From: Candidatus Marinacidobacterium sp.
Lineage (GTDB): Bacteria; Acidobacteriota; Vicinamibacteria; Marinacidobacterales; Marinacidobacteraceae
DNA length: 64,000 nt
Assembly: GCA_965243415.1 (NCBI GenBank)
Contig: OZ251549.1
Location: 2,290,239 to 2,354,238 of the forward strand
Reading direction: 5' to 3'
The notes below the pieces were generated by a model that saw only the letters and a program-made list of their open reading frames with translations, was not told the DNA's origin and made no database searches. The translations under genes and the position numbers were made by a program. Position 1 is the first letter of the stretch. The number at the start of each line of letters is the position of its first letter. Positions 1 through 9,787 of this stretch are shown here, piece by piece.

Positions 1-1627
1 ACGATTGAGAGTGCCCGAGGTTGTTGGCGTAATCGCCCCGATAACAATCGTTGGGGCCGTTCCGGATCGGGCCCGGGGCGCTCCGGGTGTCCCGGTTGCC
101 GTCCCGATTCGCGGCGCCGCCGAACTTGTTGATGAGGCTGTCGGGATCGGAATCCGGCGCCATGTCGAGAACGCGCCAGACGGAAGTCACCTCGAGGTCG
201 GCGCCCGGCACCGTCAGCCACCCGCTCGGGGTCGCCGCCGGAATCGTGGCGAACTCGTGGGTCACCGTCGCCGGGTGGCTCAGCGTGTACTCCCAACCGA
301 ACTCCAATCCGGCACTGTGGTTGGGCCAGCGGAGTTCCAGGGGGTTGCCGGGCCGGCCGTCATTGATGAAGACCTGTTGGTAATTGTGGAAGACGCCCTC
401 GATCAACCGGAAATCCACCTGGAAGTCCCGGCAGACCGCCGCCGCCGCCGCGTCCATCGCCGGCGCCGCCGGCGCCTCCGCGGCGGGCTCGGAACAGCGG
501 AACGGCCCGCAGGTGACATGCATCGCGGCGCCCGTCGGCGTCGCCTCCTGCCCGGCCCCGCCGGTGATCCTGCGGAACTCGAAAACGGCGCCCTCGTCCA
601 CCGCCGTCCGCTGCAGCAGGCTCCAGTCCGCATAGGCGAACGGCGTCAGGGACTCCCCGGCCTCCACCGTCACCCCGGCCGCGCCCTCGACGAACAGCGG
701 CCGGATCCGCGCCCGGTGCGACGAGGAGACCAGCAGCATCGGGTTCACGCTCGCCCTCGCCTTCGCCGGGTCGGTCCCGTCGTCCGGACAAAGAGCCTGC
801 CCCGAACAGTCCCGGTCGGCCCCCGCTTCCGGCGGCGTCATCCCCACCACGAACGGCCGCGGCGCCGCGTCGCTCATCCCGGACACGGCCTCGCTCCAGT
901 CGCTCACGATCGGCGACTCCGCGGTCCCGGCCACCGCGCGCACCCGGATCAGCATCTCCGTCTCCGGTTCCGCCAGGACCCGGTGCGTCGTCCCTTCGAC
1001 GGTCTCCGGCGAGGCCCCGTCGAGCCCGTCCTCGGTCGCCGCCACCCGCACCTCGTAGCGCAGCGCGTCCGCCACCGGTTCCCAACTCCACTCGATGAAG
1101 TCCGCCCCGCTCCCCGAAACCTCGGGAACCGGCGCCGCCAGGGTCACCGGCGGGATCGGCGCCGCCGCGCTCGTTCCCATGGCGGTTTCGCTCCACTCGC
1201 TCTGCCGCTCGCCCTCGCGCGCCCGGACGCGCGCGTAGCCGTTGGTCTCCGGCTTCACCGTGAACCGGTGCATGGTCGTCGTGACCGTCGCCGTGGAGAC
1301 CGAGGAGAAGTCCCCCTCTTTCAGGCTCAACTGGATCTCGTAGCCGGTGACGCCTTCCACCGCTTCCCAGCCGAACTCCAGGAAGTCGGGCCCGCTGGCG
1401 GTCACCTTCAGTCCGCCCGGAACCTCCACCGGGTCCGGAGCCGCCGGGGCGGATGGCGGCGCGGGGGCCGGCGCCGGAGTCGCGGTGGACGAGTCGTCGC
1501 CGCAGCCCGCGAGCGCCAGACCCGCGAGGAGGATCAGGCCCGGGAGCCACCCCGGCCCTCGGCCCGCGCTACGCTCGAGTCGATTCCGGGGAGACCTGCC
1601 CCCCCCCCCCCCCCCCCCCCCCCCCAT
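1..1627 (-). CDS. Fn3-repeat surface lipoprotein, tandem paralog of 2350..5061 (C-terminal part lies beyond window start)
   Basis: nt 1-1550 align colinearly with 3490-5040. The minus frame yields lipobox LLAGLALAGC (Cys codon 1502-1504). The only canonical in-frame start is ATG 1625-1627, fused to the G27 run. Absent from the ORF track because no stop lies inside the window. Confidence 0.7.
   Translation of the reverse strand, partial: MGGGGGGGGGRSPRNRLERSAGRGPGWLPGLILLAGLALAGCGDDSSTATPAPAPAPPSAPAAPDPVEVPGGLKVTASGPDFLEFGWEAVEGVTGYEIQLSLKEGDFSSVSTATVTTTMHRFTVKPETNGYARVRAREGERQSEWSETAMGTSAAAPIPPVTLAAPVPEVSGSGADFIEWSWEPVADALRYEVRVAATEDGLDGASPETVEGTTHRVLAEPETEMLIRVRAVAGTAESPIVSDWSEAVSGMSDAAPRPFVVGMTPPEAGADRDCSGQALCPDDGTDPAKARASVNPMLLVSSSHRARIRPLFVEGAAGVTVEAGESLTPFAYADWSLLQRTAVDEGAVFEFRRITGGAGQEATPTGAAMHVTCGPFRCSEPAAEAPAAPAMDAAAAAVCRDFQVDFRLIEGVFHNYQQVFINDGRPGNPLELRWPNHSAGLEFGWEYTLSHPATVTHEFATIPAATPSGWLTVPGADLEVTSVWRVLDMAPDSDPDSLINKFGGAANRDGNRDTRSAPGPIRNGPNDCYRGDYANNLGHSQS
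1599..1625 (-). repeat. homopolymer: 27 C on + strand (G27 on coding strand)
   Basis: Direct count. The first G completes the ATG of the lipoprotein paralog; the remaining 26 G plus C encode Gly9. Confidence 0.95.
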
Positions 1628-2349
1628 CGAGGTGGCGGGCGCGAGGCGGCATCCCGCCGCGGCGCGGGGCCGGCGCTTCGAGGGTCTGGATCATGGAGCG
1701 TGTCTCCCGGAAAAGGGCAGGGAAAGAGGCCCGCGACCCCTTCCGGGGCACGGGCAGCGCCCGGAATTCTACTTCCGTTTTCCCCGAGGTCCCGCCCGTG
1801 GGCCCGGGCGAGGTGGCGGTGTCCCCGCGCTCGCCGGGCGGGCGCGGCGGGCCGTTCGGCCCCCACCCGGCCGGCGCCCGGTGCGGTCCTGGGCCCGACC
1901 CCGACCGTTGTCGGATCGCCCGCCGGCCGAGCCGGGCCCGGCTCCGTTCCGGCGACTTCGAGGGTACGTCCGCCCCGCTCGATCGGGCGTTCGCCCTCCG
2001 CCCCCGGGACGCTTACCGCCGGCGCCGGCGGAACCTCCCTCGACTGCGCCCACGCCCTCCACCCGGAGAAAATGGCTTTCCCCGACCCGTCGAACCTCCG
2101 AATCAGCGACGGGACGAGCCGCAGGGCGTTCGCTCCGGCGCCGGCCGCCGGGCGCGTTCCCGATCCCCTCGGGAACGCGCCGAAACGGAGGAACGCCGCC
2201 TCCTCGACGCCGACACCTCCGGCGCAGTCTCGATGCCGGTATCGGCGGTCCGGTCGCCGCCGGCGCCTTCCTCCCCCGAAGCGCCGGGGGGCCGCCGGCC
2301 GGGAGCGGCGCTGTCGCGCTCCCGGCCGGAGGGTGGAGGCCCTACGCCC

Positions 2350-5061
2350 TCAGTGGGCCTCGCACCGGATGAAGAAGTTGCCGTCGTTGCGCCCGGTGTT
2401 CGGGCCCGCCGGGAACCGGGTGTTGCCGGCGCGGCGGTTGTCGCCGTCCGCATCCCAGGTGCAGGTCACCGACAGGTCCATCTCCGTTTCGCAGGTCTTC
2501 GTATCCCGGATCAGCACGAAGGTGGCGGTGAGCGGGATCTCCACCACCGCGTCGCACAACTCCTCCCCGCCGTCGTCAGCGGAGCAGGAATCCGCGTCCT
2601 CGTTGCCGTCGAAGTTGTCCGGGTTCCCGTCGCTCCCGGGATCCCCGTCGGCTCCAAGCAGGTCGATCTTCCCCAGGTCGCCGTAGATCGGGTCGCCGTC
2701 GCTGTCCAGCAGTTCGTGCCGGACGATCGGCTGCCAGGCGCCCAGGCCGAGCCGCGCGTCACGCCCCCCCGTGAGGTAATCGGCGGGTCCGTCACCTTGG
2801 AAGAATCTGCGCTGGAACAGTTCGTAGAGGTCGTAGTCCCTCAGGGTGCCGTCGATCCCGAAATTCGGGCGGCCCCGGAAGATGTCACTGTCCCTTGTCC
2901 CCAACTGGGTCGTGCCCGGCTCGGGGCGCTGGAGCCACATCGAGGCGTACCGGCTGCCTCGCGGTCTCCATTCCTGTCCGGGCCTCCCCCCGGCCAGGAC
3001 GACATCGCTGCTGGGAGCCGGCGCGGTGTTCCGGACGACGATCCGGTCGAACCGGGCCCAGCGGTTGTGATTGTTGTTGGTTCCCGAGAACTCGAACTCC
3101 AGTCGGTACTGCCTGCCGATCCCCCCGGCCACGAACGCCTCCACTTCCTCCCGGAACCGCTCGCACTTGTCGTACTGGTCCGCCAACGGGAAAGTGACGC
3201 GCCCGCACTTCAGGTCGGCGAACGGGTCGTCCTTCCCCCAGGCGACCTCGCTGCCGGCCCAGGACACCCCCACCTGCGGGTCCACCTGCAGCCGGTAACC
3301 GGGCGAGTAGTCGTAGTGTTTGAAGTACGCCTGCTCCAATCCCGAATGGTCGGTGTAGTAGCCGTCCGTGACGAGCACGGCGCAGCGGCCCGGGGGTTTC
3401 TCGACCCGTTCTACGGGCGGCATCACGACGCCCAGGCTCCTCTGGAACTTGCCGTAACTGGGATCGGAGGTGGCCCCGACTTGGTTGAAATTGATGCGCC
3501 GATCGTAGTAATCGCCCCGATAACAATCGTTGGCGCCATTCCGGATCGGGCCCGGGGCGGCGCGGGTGTCCCGGTTGCCGTCCCAATTCGCCACGCCCCC
3601 GAACTTGTTGACGAGGCTGTCGGGATCGGGCGGATCCGGCGGCGCCAGGTCGAGGGTGCGGTAAACGGAAGTCACTTCCAGATCGGCGCCCGGCACCGTC
3701 AGCCACCCGCTCGGGGTCGCCGCCGGAATCGTCGTGAACTCGTGGGTCACCGTCGCCGGATGGCTCAGCGTGTATTCCCAACCGAACTCCAATCCGGCAC
3801 TGTGGTTGGGCCACCAGAGTTCCATGGGGTCGCCGAATGCGTCGTCATTGATCCAGACCACTTGGTAATTGTGGAAGACGCCCTCGATCAGCCGGAAGTC
3901 CACTTCGAAGTCTTCGCAGACCGCCGCCTGGTCCGCGTCCATCGCCGGCGCCGGCGGCGGGTCCGCGGCGGGCTCGGAGCAGCGGAACGGTCCGCAGGTG
4001 ACATGCATCGCGGCGCCCGTCGGGGTCGCCTCCTGCCCGGCCCCGCCGGTGATCCTGCGGAACTCGAAAACGGCGCCCTCGTCCACCGCCGTTCGCTGCA
4101 ACAGGTTCCAGTCCGCATAGACGAACGGCGTCAGGGACTCCCCGGCCTCCACCGTCACGCCCGGCGCGCCCTCGACGAACAGCGGCCGGATCCGCGCCCG
4201 GTGCGACGACGACACCAGCAGCATCGGGTTCACGCTCGCCCTCGCCTTCTTCGGATCCGTCCCGTCGTCCGGACACAGCGCCTGCCCCGAGCAGTCCCGG
4301 TCGGCCCCCGCTTCCGGCGGCCGCATGCTCACCACGAACGGCCGCGGCGCCGCGTCGCTCATCCCGGACACGGCCTCGCTCCAGTCGCTCACGATCGGCG
4401 ACTCCGCGGTCCCGGCCACCGCCCGCACCCGGATCAGCATCTCCGTCTCCGGTTCCGCCAGGACCCGGTGCGTCGTCCCTTCGACGGTCTCCGGCGAGGC
4501 CGCGTCGAGCCCCTCCTCGGTCGCCGCCACCCGCACTTCGTACGACGATGCCTCCGCCACCGGTTCCCAACTCCACTCGATGAAGTCCGCCCCGCTCCCG
4601 GAAACCTCGGGAACCGGCGCCGACAGGGTGACCGGCGGAATCGGCGCCGCCGCGCTCGTCCCCATGGCCGTTTCGCTCCACTCGCCCTGCCGCTCGCCCT
4701 CGTGGGCCCGGACCCGCGCGTACCCGCTGGTCTCCGGCTTCACCGAAAAACGATGCATGGTCGTCGTGACCGTGGCTGTCGAAACCGAGGAGAAGTCGCC
4801 CTCCTTCAGGCTCAACTGGATCTCGTAGCCGGTGGCGCCTTCCACCGCTTCCCAGCCGAACTCGAGGAAGTCGTGGCCGCTGGCGGTGACCTTCAGCCCG
4901 CCGGGAACCCCCACCGGATCCGGGGCCGCCGGAGCGGGCGGGGGCGCGGGAGCCGGCGCCGGGGCGGTGGTGGACGAGTCGTCCCCGCAGCCCGCGAACG
5001 CCAGACCCGCCAGGAGGATCAGGCCCGGCAGGCCCCCCCGGGAGCGGCCCGCGTTACGCAC
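2350..5061 (-). CDS. Fn3-repeat surface lipoprotein with Asp-rich Ca-binding-like C-terminal region
   Basis: 903-aa ORF with GTG start. Signal peptide plus lipobox LLAGLAFAGC. Repeated ~90-aa modules (GYEIQL.., SYEVRV..) are typical of fibronectin type III. DSDGDP/DGDPGSDGNPD thrombospondin-type-3-like motifs near the C-terminus. Confidence 0.85.
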   Translation of the reverse strand: MRNAGRSRGGLPGLILLAGLAFAGCGDDSSTTAPAPAPAPPPAPAAPDPVGVPGGLKVTASGHDFLEFGWEAVEGATGYEIQLSLKEGDFSSVSTATVTTTMHRFSVKPETSGYARVRAHEGERQGEWSETAMGTSAAAPIPPVTLSAPVPEVSGSGADFIEWSWEPVAEASSYEVRVAATEEGLDAASPETVEGTTHRVLAEPETEMLIRVRAVAGTAESPIVSDWSEAVSGMSDAAPRPFVVSMRPPEAGADRDCSGQALCPDDGTDPKKARASVNPMLLVSSSHRARIRPLFVEGAPGVTVEAGESLTPFVYADWNLLQRTAVDEGAVFEFRRITGGAGQEATPTGAAMHVTCGPFRCSEPAADPPPAPAMDADQAAVCEDFEVDFRLIEGVFHNYQVVWINDDAFGDPMELWWPNHSAGLEFGWEYTLSHPATVTHEFTTIPAATPSGWLTVPGADLEVTSVYRTLDLAPPDPPDPDSLVNKFGGVANWDGNRDTRAAPGPIRNGANDCYRGDYYDRRINFNQVGATSDPSYGKFQRSLGVVMPPVERVEKPPGRCAVLVTDGYYTDHSGLEQAYFKHYDYSPGYRLQVDPQVGVSWAGSEVAWGKDDPFADLKCGRVTFPLADQYDKCERFREEVEAFVAGGIGRQYRLEFEFSGTNNNHNRWARFDRIVVRNTAPAPSSDVVLAGGRPGQEWRPRGSRYASMWLQRPEPGTTQLGTRDSDIFRGRPNFGIDGTLRDYDLYELFQRRFFQGDGPADYLTGGRDARLGLGAWQPIVRHELLDSDGDPIYGDLGKIDLLGADGDPGSDGNPDNFDGNEDADSCSADDGGEELCDAVVEIPLTATFVLIRDTKTCETEMDLSVTCTWDADGDNRRAGNTRFPAGPNTGRNDGNFFIRCEAH

Positions 5062-5084
5062 GGGTCGAGCCCCCGGCGGACCTG

Positions 5085-5103
5085 CCCCCCCCCCCCCCCC
5101 CCC
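5085..5103 (-). repeat. homopolymer: 19 C on + strand (G19 on coding strand)
   Basis: Direct count. Lies 23 nt upstream of the GTG start at 5059-5061. ATA (5104-5106) occupies the position of the ATG seen in the paralog. Confidence 0.95.
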
Positions 5104-6112
5104 TATTGTCGTGGGGCGCGAGAGGCCGCGTCCGGCCGCAGCGCGGGGCCGGCTCTTCGATGGTCTGCATCATGAGGCGTGTCTCCGGGAAAGGGAACAG
5201 GGAGGGCGCCCGCGACCCCTTCCGGACCGCGGCGTCGCCCGGAATCGTACCGGATTCGGAGGCGCCGGTCTTCCCCGCACCCGGCGAGCGAGCGGGCGGC
5301 GAGGTCCGGACCCGTTTTCCGGGCGCCCTTCGGGGACGCCGAGGCCGACTGCCGTCGGGCCGCGCCCGTTCGTCCTCCGCGGGCAGGGCATTCCCGTCGC
5401 AGATCGTTCCGGCGCCGGAACGACCCGGTCCCGCATCCCGCAGGGAGACGAAACCCCGGCGCCGCCCCCGGGATTGGAGGCGTGGTCCGGCGGGCGGGAC
5501 GCGATCCGGTCCACGCCGAGGGTTCGTTCGCGGCGGGCCCTCCGCCCGTCGGGCGCCCGTCGCCCCCGACTCCCCGTCCGGAACCTCCGTCGTCGCGGCT
5601 GCCGGCGCGGCGAGCCGGGCGCGCCGCGTCCTCGGGGGCGCGTTCTTCGGGACGGCTTCCTCGGGTGCGCATTCGTCGGGGCGCGCCCGCCGGCGGGGTG
5701 ACGCTCGGGAACGCCATCGTGCCGCGAACCCGAGGGAACCGCCGCCCGACCTCCGGCCGCGACGGGTCGGAACGCGGTGTCCCGCCAACGGATCCCGTCC
5801 TCACGGCCGGCGTCCGGGTTCGGCAGGGGCGGTTCGCATCGGTCGGCCGCATACCGTGGGGACCGCCGCCGGCGGCCATGGAGGCGGGGCCGAATCTGCC
5901 CCGTCCTTCTCGCGTTCGGAAGAACCGGTCCCTACGGGTTCGGGAAGTTCCCTCGGAACGGGAACCCCCGCCGGCGATCCCTTCCACCATTCATCGCGAC
6001 CGGTCGCCGACCCGGTCCCGCCCATTCCCGGCGAAGGTCGCCGTTCCCCGGGGCCGGCCCGTCCCGAGGACTGCCCGCCGGAGTTCGCCCCCCCGGCGGG
6101 CGGGCGCCGGCG

Positions 6113-7747
6113 TCAGCGGCCTTCCGGCGCGGCCCCGGAAGGAATCGGCTCCAGGGTCAGCGGGTCGCGCGCGGGCAGGTGTTCGACGGTTCCGCCGAGG
6201 ATCTCCGCCATGCTCGCCCGGCCCTCCGGGTCGCCGCCTTCGATGTCCTCCCAGACGCCGACCACCAGCATCACCATCCGCTCCGGTTCCAGGTACTTCC
6301 GCGCCGCCGCCAGCACCGCCTCCGGGGTCACCGCCTCCACCTGCTCCCGCCAACGCACCCAGTAGTCGTGGCTCCGGCCGAGGAACACATCGTTCGCGAA
6401 CAGCGAAGCGCGCGCCCGGGCGGTCTCGAACCGCCGCGGGAAACTCTCGGTGAGCGAGGTCTTCGCCAGCGCCAGTTCCTCTTCGCTCACCGGTTCTTCC
6501 CGGATCCGGCGCACTTCCTCGAGCGCGATGGCGGCGGCGAGCGCCACCGTTTCGCTCTTGGATTGGTAGCCCAGGGTATAGCCGCTCGGCCCGAGGGGAT
6601 TGAAGCCGAAACGCCCGCCGGCGCCGTAGGCCAGCCCTTCGTCGGAACGGATGCGCTGCATGAGCCGCGAAGTGAAACCGCTCGCCCCCAGGATGTGGTC
6701 CATCACCTGGATGGCGGCGCGCTCCGGGTTCTCCCAGTCGTCCCAGCGCGGCGAGAGGTGGCCGATGCGCACCTTGCCCTGGGGGATGTCCTTCTCCAGG
6801 TGGTAGATGCCGGGCGCCGGCTGCGCGGTCTCCCCGGTCGGCGGCCACTCGAAATCGGCGGCGGTCTCGTCCGCTTCGGGCCAGTCGGCCAGCCGCTCTT
6901 CGATCAGCGCCGCCAGGGCGTCGGCGTCCACATCGCCGGAGGCGGCGAACACCATGTGCTCCGGCCGCCAGTAGCGGCGATGGAAGGCCCGCAGGTCGTC
7001 CGGGGTGAGGGCTTCGAGAGGCGCGGTGGTCAACTGCCGGCCGAGGTGGTGGTCTGCGCCGTAGAGGAGCAGCGCCCATTCCCGGCTCAGCAGGTCCTCG
7101 GCGTCGTCGTTCCGCTGCTTCAGGTCTTCGAGGACATTCCGCTTCCGGATCTCGAAACGCTCCGCGTCGAAACGGGGATTCCGGAGGACCTCGAAGAACA
7201 GGTCCAGGCTCTCCTCGAACACCGGGGTGATGGTGCTCAGCGCCGCCCGCGCCTCGGTGTTCCCGGAGGAGGTGGAGATGGTGGCGGCGAGGAACTCGAT
7301 CCGTTCGTCGAATTCTTCCGGGGTCCGGTCCCCGGCGCCGCCGTCGCGCATCATCGCCGCGGTCAGCGACGCCAGCCCGATCCGGTCCGCCGGGTCGAGG
7401 AAGTCGCCGATCCGGAGCGTCACCGAGAGGCGGATGAGCGGCAGCGTCCGGTCTTCCACGATGATCATCGGGATCCCGCCGGCGAGGTCCCGCCGGTACT
7501 GCGCGCCGTCGGGGGTCTCGAAGACGAAGTCGGGATACACCAACTCTTCGGGACGATCGGGAATCGGCGCCGACGAACTTCCCGCCGTCTGGGCCGCAGC
7601 GGCGAGCGGCGTGAGCGCCAGCGCGAGGGCCAGCGTCAGGCCTGTCGGCAGCGCCGTCGGCAGGGCGGGCCCGCCGGGGAACGACCGCGCCGGGCGGGGG
7701 CGGGAATCGGCCGGCGGGAAGTCCGGCGAGAGGGAAGGGGAAGTCAT
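6113..7747 (-). CDS. M16 (pitrilysin/insulinase) family peptidase, no HxxEH motif (likely non-catalytic partner)
   Basis: C-terminal 544 aa of the 6113..9589 ORF starting at ATG 7745-7747 (MTSPSLSP..). Signal-like segment, M16 domain pattern. 4-nt ATGA overlap with the upstream M16 gene. Confidence 0.88.
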   Translation of the reverse strand: MTSPSLSPDFPPADSRPRPARSFPGGPALPTALPTGLTLALALALTPLAAAAQTAGSSSAPIPDRPEELVYPDFVFETPDGAQYRRDLAGGIPMIIVEDRTLPLIRLSVTLRIGDFLDPADRIGLASLTAAMMRDGGAGDRTPEEFDERIEFLAATISTSSGNTEARAALSTITPVFEESLDLFFEVLRNPRFDAERFEIRKRNVLEDLKQRNDDAEDLLSREWALLLYGADHHLGRQLTTAPLEALTPDDLRAFHRRYWRPEHMVFAASGDVDADALAALIEERLADWPEADETAADFEWPPTGETAQPAPGIYHLEKDIPQGKVRIGHLSPRWDDWENPERAAIQVMDHILGASGFTSRLMQRIRSDEGLAYGAGGRFGFNPLGPSGYTLGYQSKSETVALAAAIALEEVRRIREEPVSEEELALAKTSLTESFPRRFETARARASLFANDVFLGRSHDYWVRWREQVEAVTPEAVLAAARKYLEPERMVMLVVGVWEDIEGGDPEGRASMAEILGGTVEHLPARDPLTLEPIPSGAAPEGR

Positions 7748-9573
7748 CGCGCTCCTCCGTTCGGTTCGAGTTCGGCGAGCCGCGCCCGAATCTGCTCCTC
7801 CACATAGTCCAGGGCCCCGGCCATCTCCGGCGGCGCCTGCCCCTTCATCGCGGCGAACTGCTCGAGCATCCCCCGGAGCGCCGCGGCGTCGTCCGAAGCG
7901 CGGATCTGCCGCAACTGGGCCATGATCTGGCTTCGCACGGGCGCCGGCACCGACTCCAGTTCCGGCGGGATCTCTTCTTCGACCGACCCGGCGGCGCGGG
8001 TGTAGTACGCGGTGGAACGGTTCGTCGGGGTCAGGTACTGCGCCGCCACCCGTTTCAGGTCTTCCTCGGTGACCGCGAGCGTCCGCTCCGCCCAGGTATC
8101 GAGGTACCGCCAGTCGCCGAGCGAGTCGTACACCAGCAGTTGCAGGAGGAGGAAAAAACTGCTCTCGAGGCGCTCCCAGGCGCTCGCCGAGACCTGGTTC
8201 TTCACCTTCTGGATCTCCTCGGCGGGGATCGGCTCCTCGACCAGCCGGGTGAGTTCCCGCTCGATGGCCGCCGCCAGGTCTTCCGGCGTCGCCTCCCCCT
8301 TCGCCTCCGCGGAGATCTCCAGGAGTCCGGCCCACTTGCGGCTGTCCTGGAACGCTCCCGCCGAAGTGGCGATCTCGTCGCCGAGGACCATCGTCCGGTA
8401 GAGCCGTCCGGTGCGCCCGTTCAGCAGCCCGGCGATCACCTCGAGCGCGTACTGGTCCCGATGCCGGAAGGGGACGGTGTGGTAGCGGAGTGTCACCTGC
8501 GGCTGGCAGTCGCAGGAGGCGTCGAGCCGCTTCTCGGCGTTCTGCTCCATCTCCAGGGTCACCACATCGGGCGCCGTTTCCCCGGCTTCGAGCCGCCCGA
8601 AATACCGCTCGGCGAGGACCTTCGCTTCCTCGAGATCGAAGTTGCCCACCAGCGCCCCGGTCAGGTTCCCCGGCGCGTAGTAGGTGTCGTAGAACTCCTC
8701 CGCCTGTTCCAGGGTGAAGACGCGCAGGTCGGAAGGCCAGCCGATGACCGGCCAGGAATAGGGATGCGACTGCCAGAACAGCGCGTCGAAGGCCTCGTCG
8801 AACTCCCCGGTGGGCGTGGACTCGGTGCGCAGCCGGCGTTCTTCGTGCACCACCTCGCGCTCGGTGTAGAACTCGCGGAACACCGGCCGCAGCAGCCGCT
8901 CCGACTCCATCCAGAACCACAACTCGAGCCGGTTCTGCGGCACGGTGATGAAGTACACCGTCTGGTCGTTCGAGGTGAAGGCGTTCATGCCGGAGGCGCC
9001 GGCCTCGGTATAGATGCGGTCGAACTCGTCCTTCACGGTGAGCGACCGCTGCTCTTCTTCCAGGGCGGCGAACTCTTCCCGGAGCGCCGTCAATTCCTCC
9101 GGCAGGTCTTCGTTCCCGAAGGGGTCGCCGATGAGTCCCAGGCGGCTCTCCTCCCGGCGTTTCCGGTAGATGGCGCGGATCCGTTCCTGGACCTCTTCCT
9201 GTTCCCGGATGATCGCCTGGTCGCGCTCCGGGTCGGTGGTCCCGATGCGGGGCGTCCCCTTGAACATCATATGTTCGAAGAAGTGGCTCATGCCGGTGAT
9301 GCCGGGCCGTTCGTTCGCCGATCCCACCCGCGCCGCCCAGCCGGCGGAAACGGTGGTCATCTCCGGCCGCACCACGGCGAGGAACCGCATCCCGTTGTCG
9401 AGGGTGAACTCTTCGACGGGAACGCTGGCCTGCGCCCGGACTTCCGCCGGCAGCGCGAACAGCGGGAACAGGGAGAACAGGGACCACAGGGACAACGGGG
9501 CGAGCCGGGAGGGAAGACCCGGCGCGGGAAGGGCCGACCCGAATGCGGCCCTTCCGGGAGTGCGACAAATCAT
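7744..9573 (-). CDS. M16 family zinc peptidase (catalytic subunit type)
   Basis: 609 aa. N-terminal signal peptide. Inverted zinc motif HFFEH in GITGMSHFFEHMMFKGT. Confidence 0.9.
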   Translation of the reverse strand: MICRTPGRAAFGSALPAPGLPSRLAPLSLWSLFSLFPLFALPAEVRAQASVPVEEFTLDNGMRFLAVVRPEMTTVSAGWAARVGSANERPGITGMSHFFEHMMFKGTPRIGTTDPERDQAIIREQEEVQERIRAIYRKRREESRLGLIGDPFGNEDLPEELTALREEFAALEEEQRSLTVKDEFDRIYTEAGASGMNAFTSNDQTVYFITVPQNRLELWFWMESERLLRPVFREFYTEREVVHEERRLRTESTPTGEFDEAFDALFWQSHPYSWPVIGWPSDLRVFTLEQAEEFYDTYYAPGNLTGALVGNFDLEEAKVLAERYFGRLEAGETAPDVVTLEMEQNAEKRLDASCDCQPQVTLRYHTVPFRHRDQYALEVIAGLLNGRTGRLYRTMVLGDEIATSAGAFQDSRKWAGLLEISAEAKGEATPEDLAAAIERELTRLVEEPIPAEEIQKVKNQVSASAWERLESSFFLLLQLLVYDSLGDWRYLDTWAERTLAVTEEDLKRVAAQYLTPTNRSTAYYTRAAGSVEEEIPPELESVPAPVRSQIMAQLRQIRASDDAAALRGMLEQFAAMKGQAPPEMAGALDYVEEQIRARLAELEPNGGAR

Positions 9574-9787
9574 GCGGGGATGCTACCAATCGCGCCCCCC
9601 CGGTCCGGCGCCCCGCCCGGCGTTCGGGGCCCCCGGAGAAGGCCGGCCCGGCGCCGGGAAACCTGCGGGGAACCCGTCGGGACCCCGGCGGAGAGGGTCG
9701 CCCCGCTGCTACGATTCACGGTTTCCTGCGGTCGTCCCCCGGGGTTCCTCCCCGTTCCCCGAACCGCAGCCCCGGAGGTAGCGGCTC

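Noticed and set aside
1569-1751. 60-aa ORF upstream of the lipoprotein paralog (and its counterpart in 5054..5788), considered as a real gene.
   Set aside because: Only the first ~11 residues are conserved between the copies. The rest is Gly/Arg/Pro-rich and ends right after the G tract. It is kept only as a possible leader or uORF within a finding.
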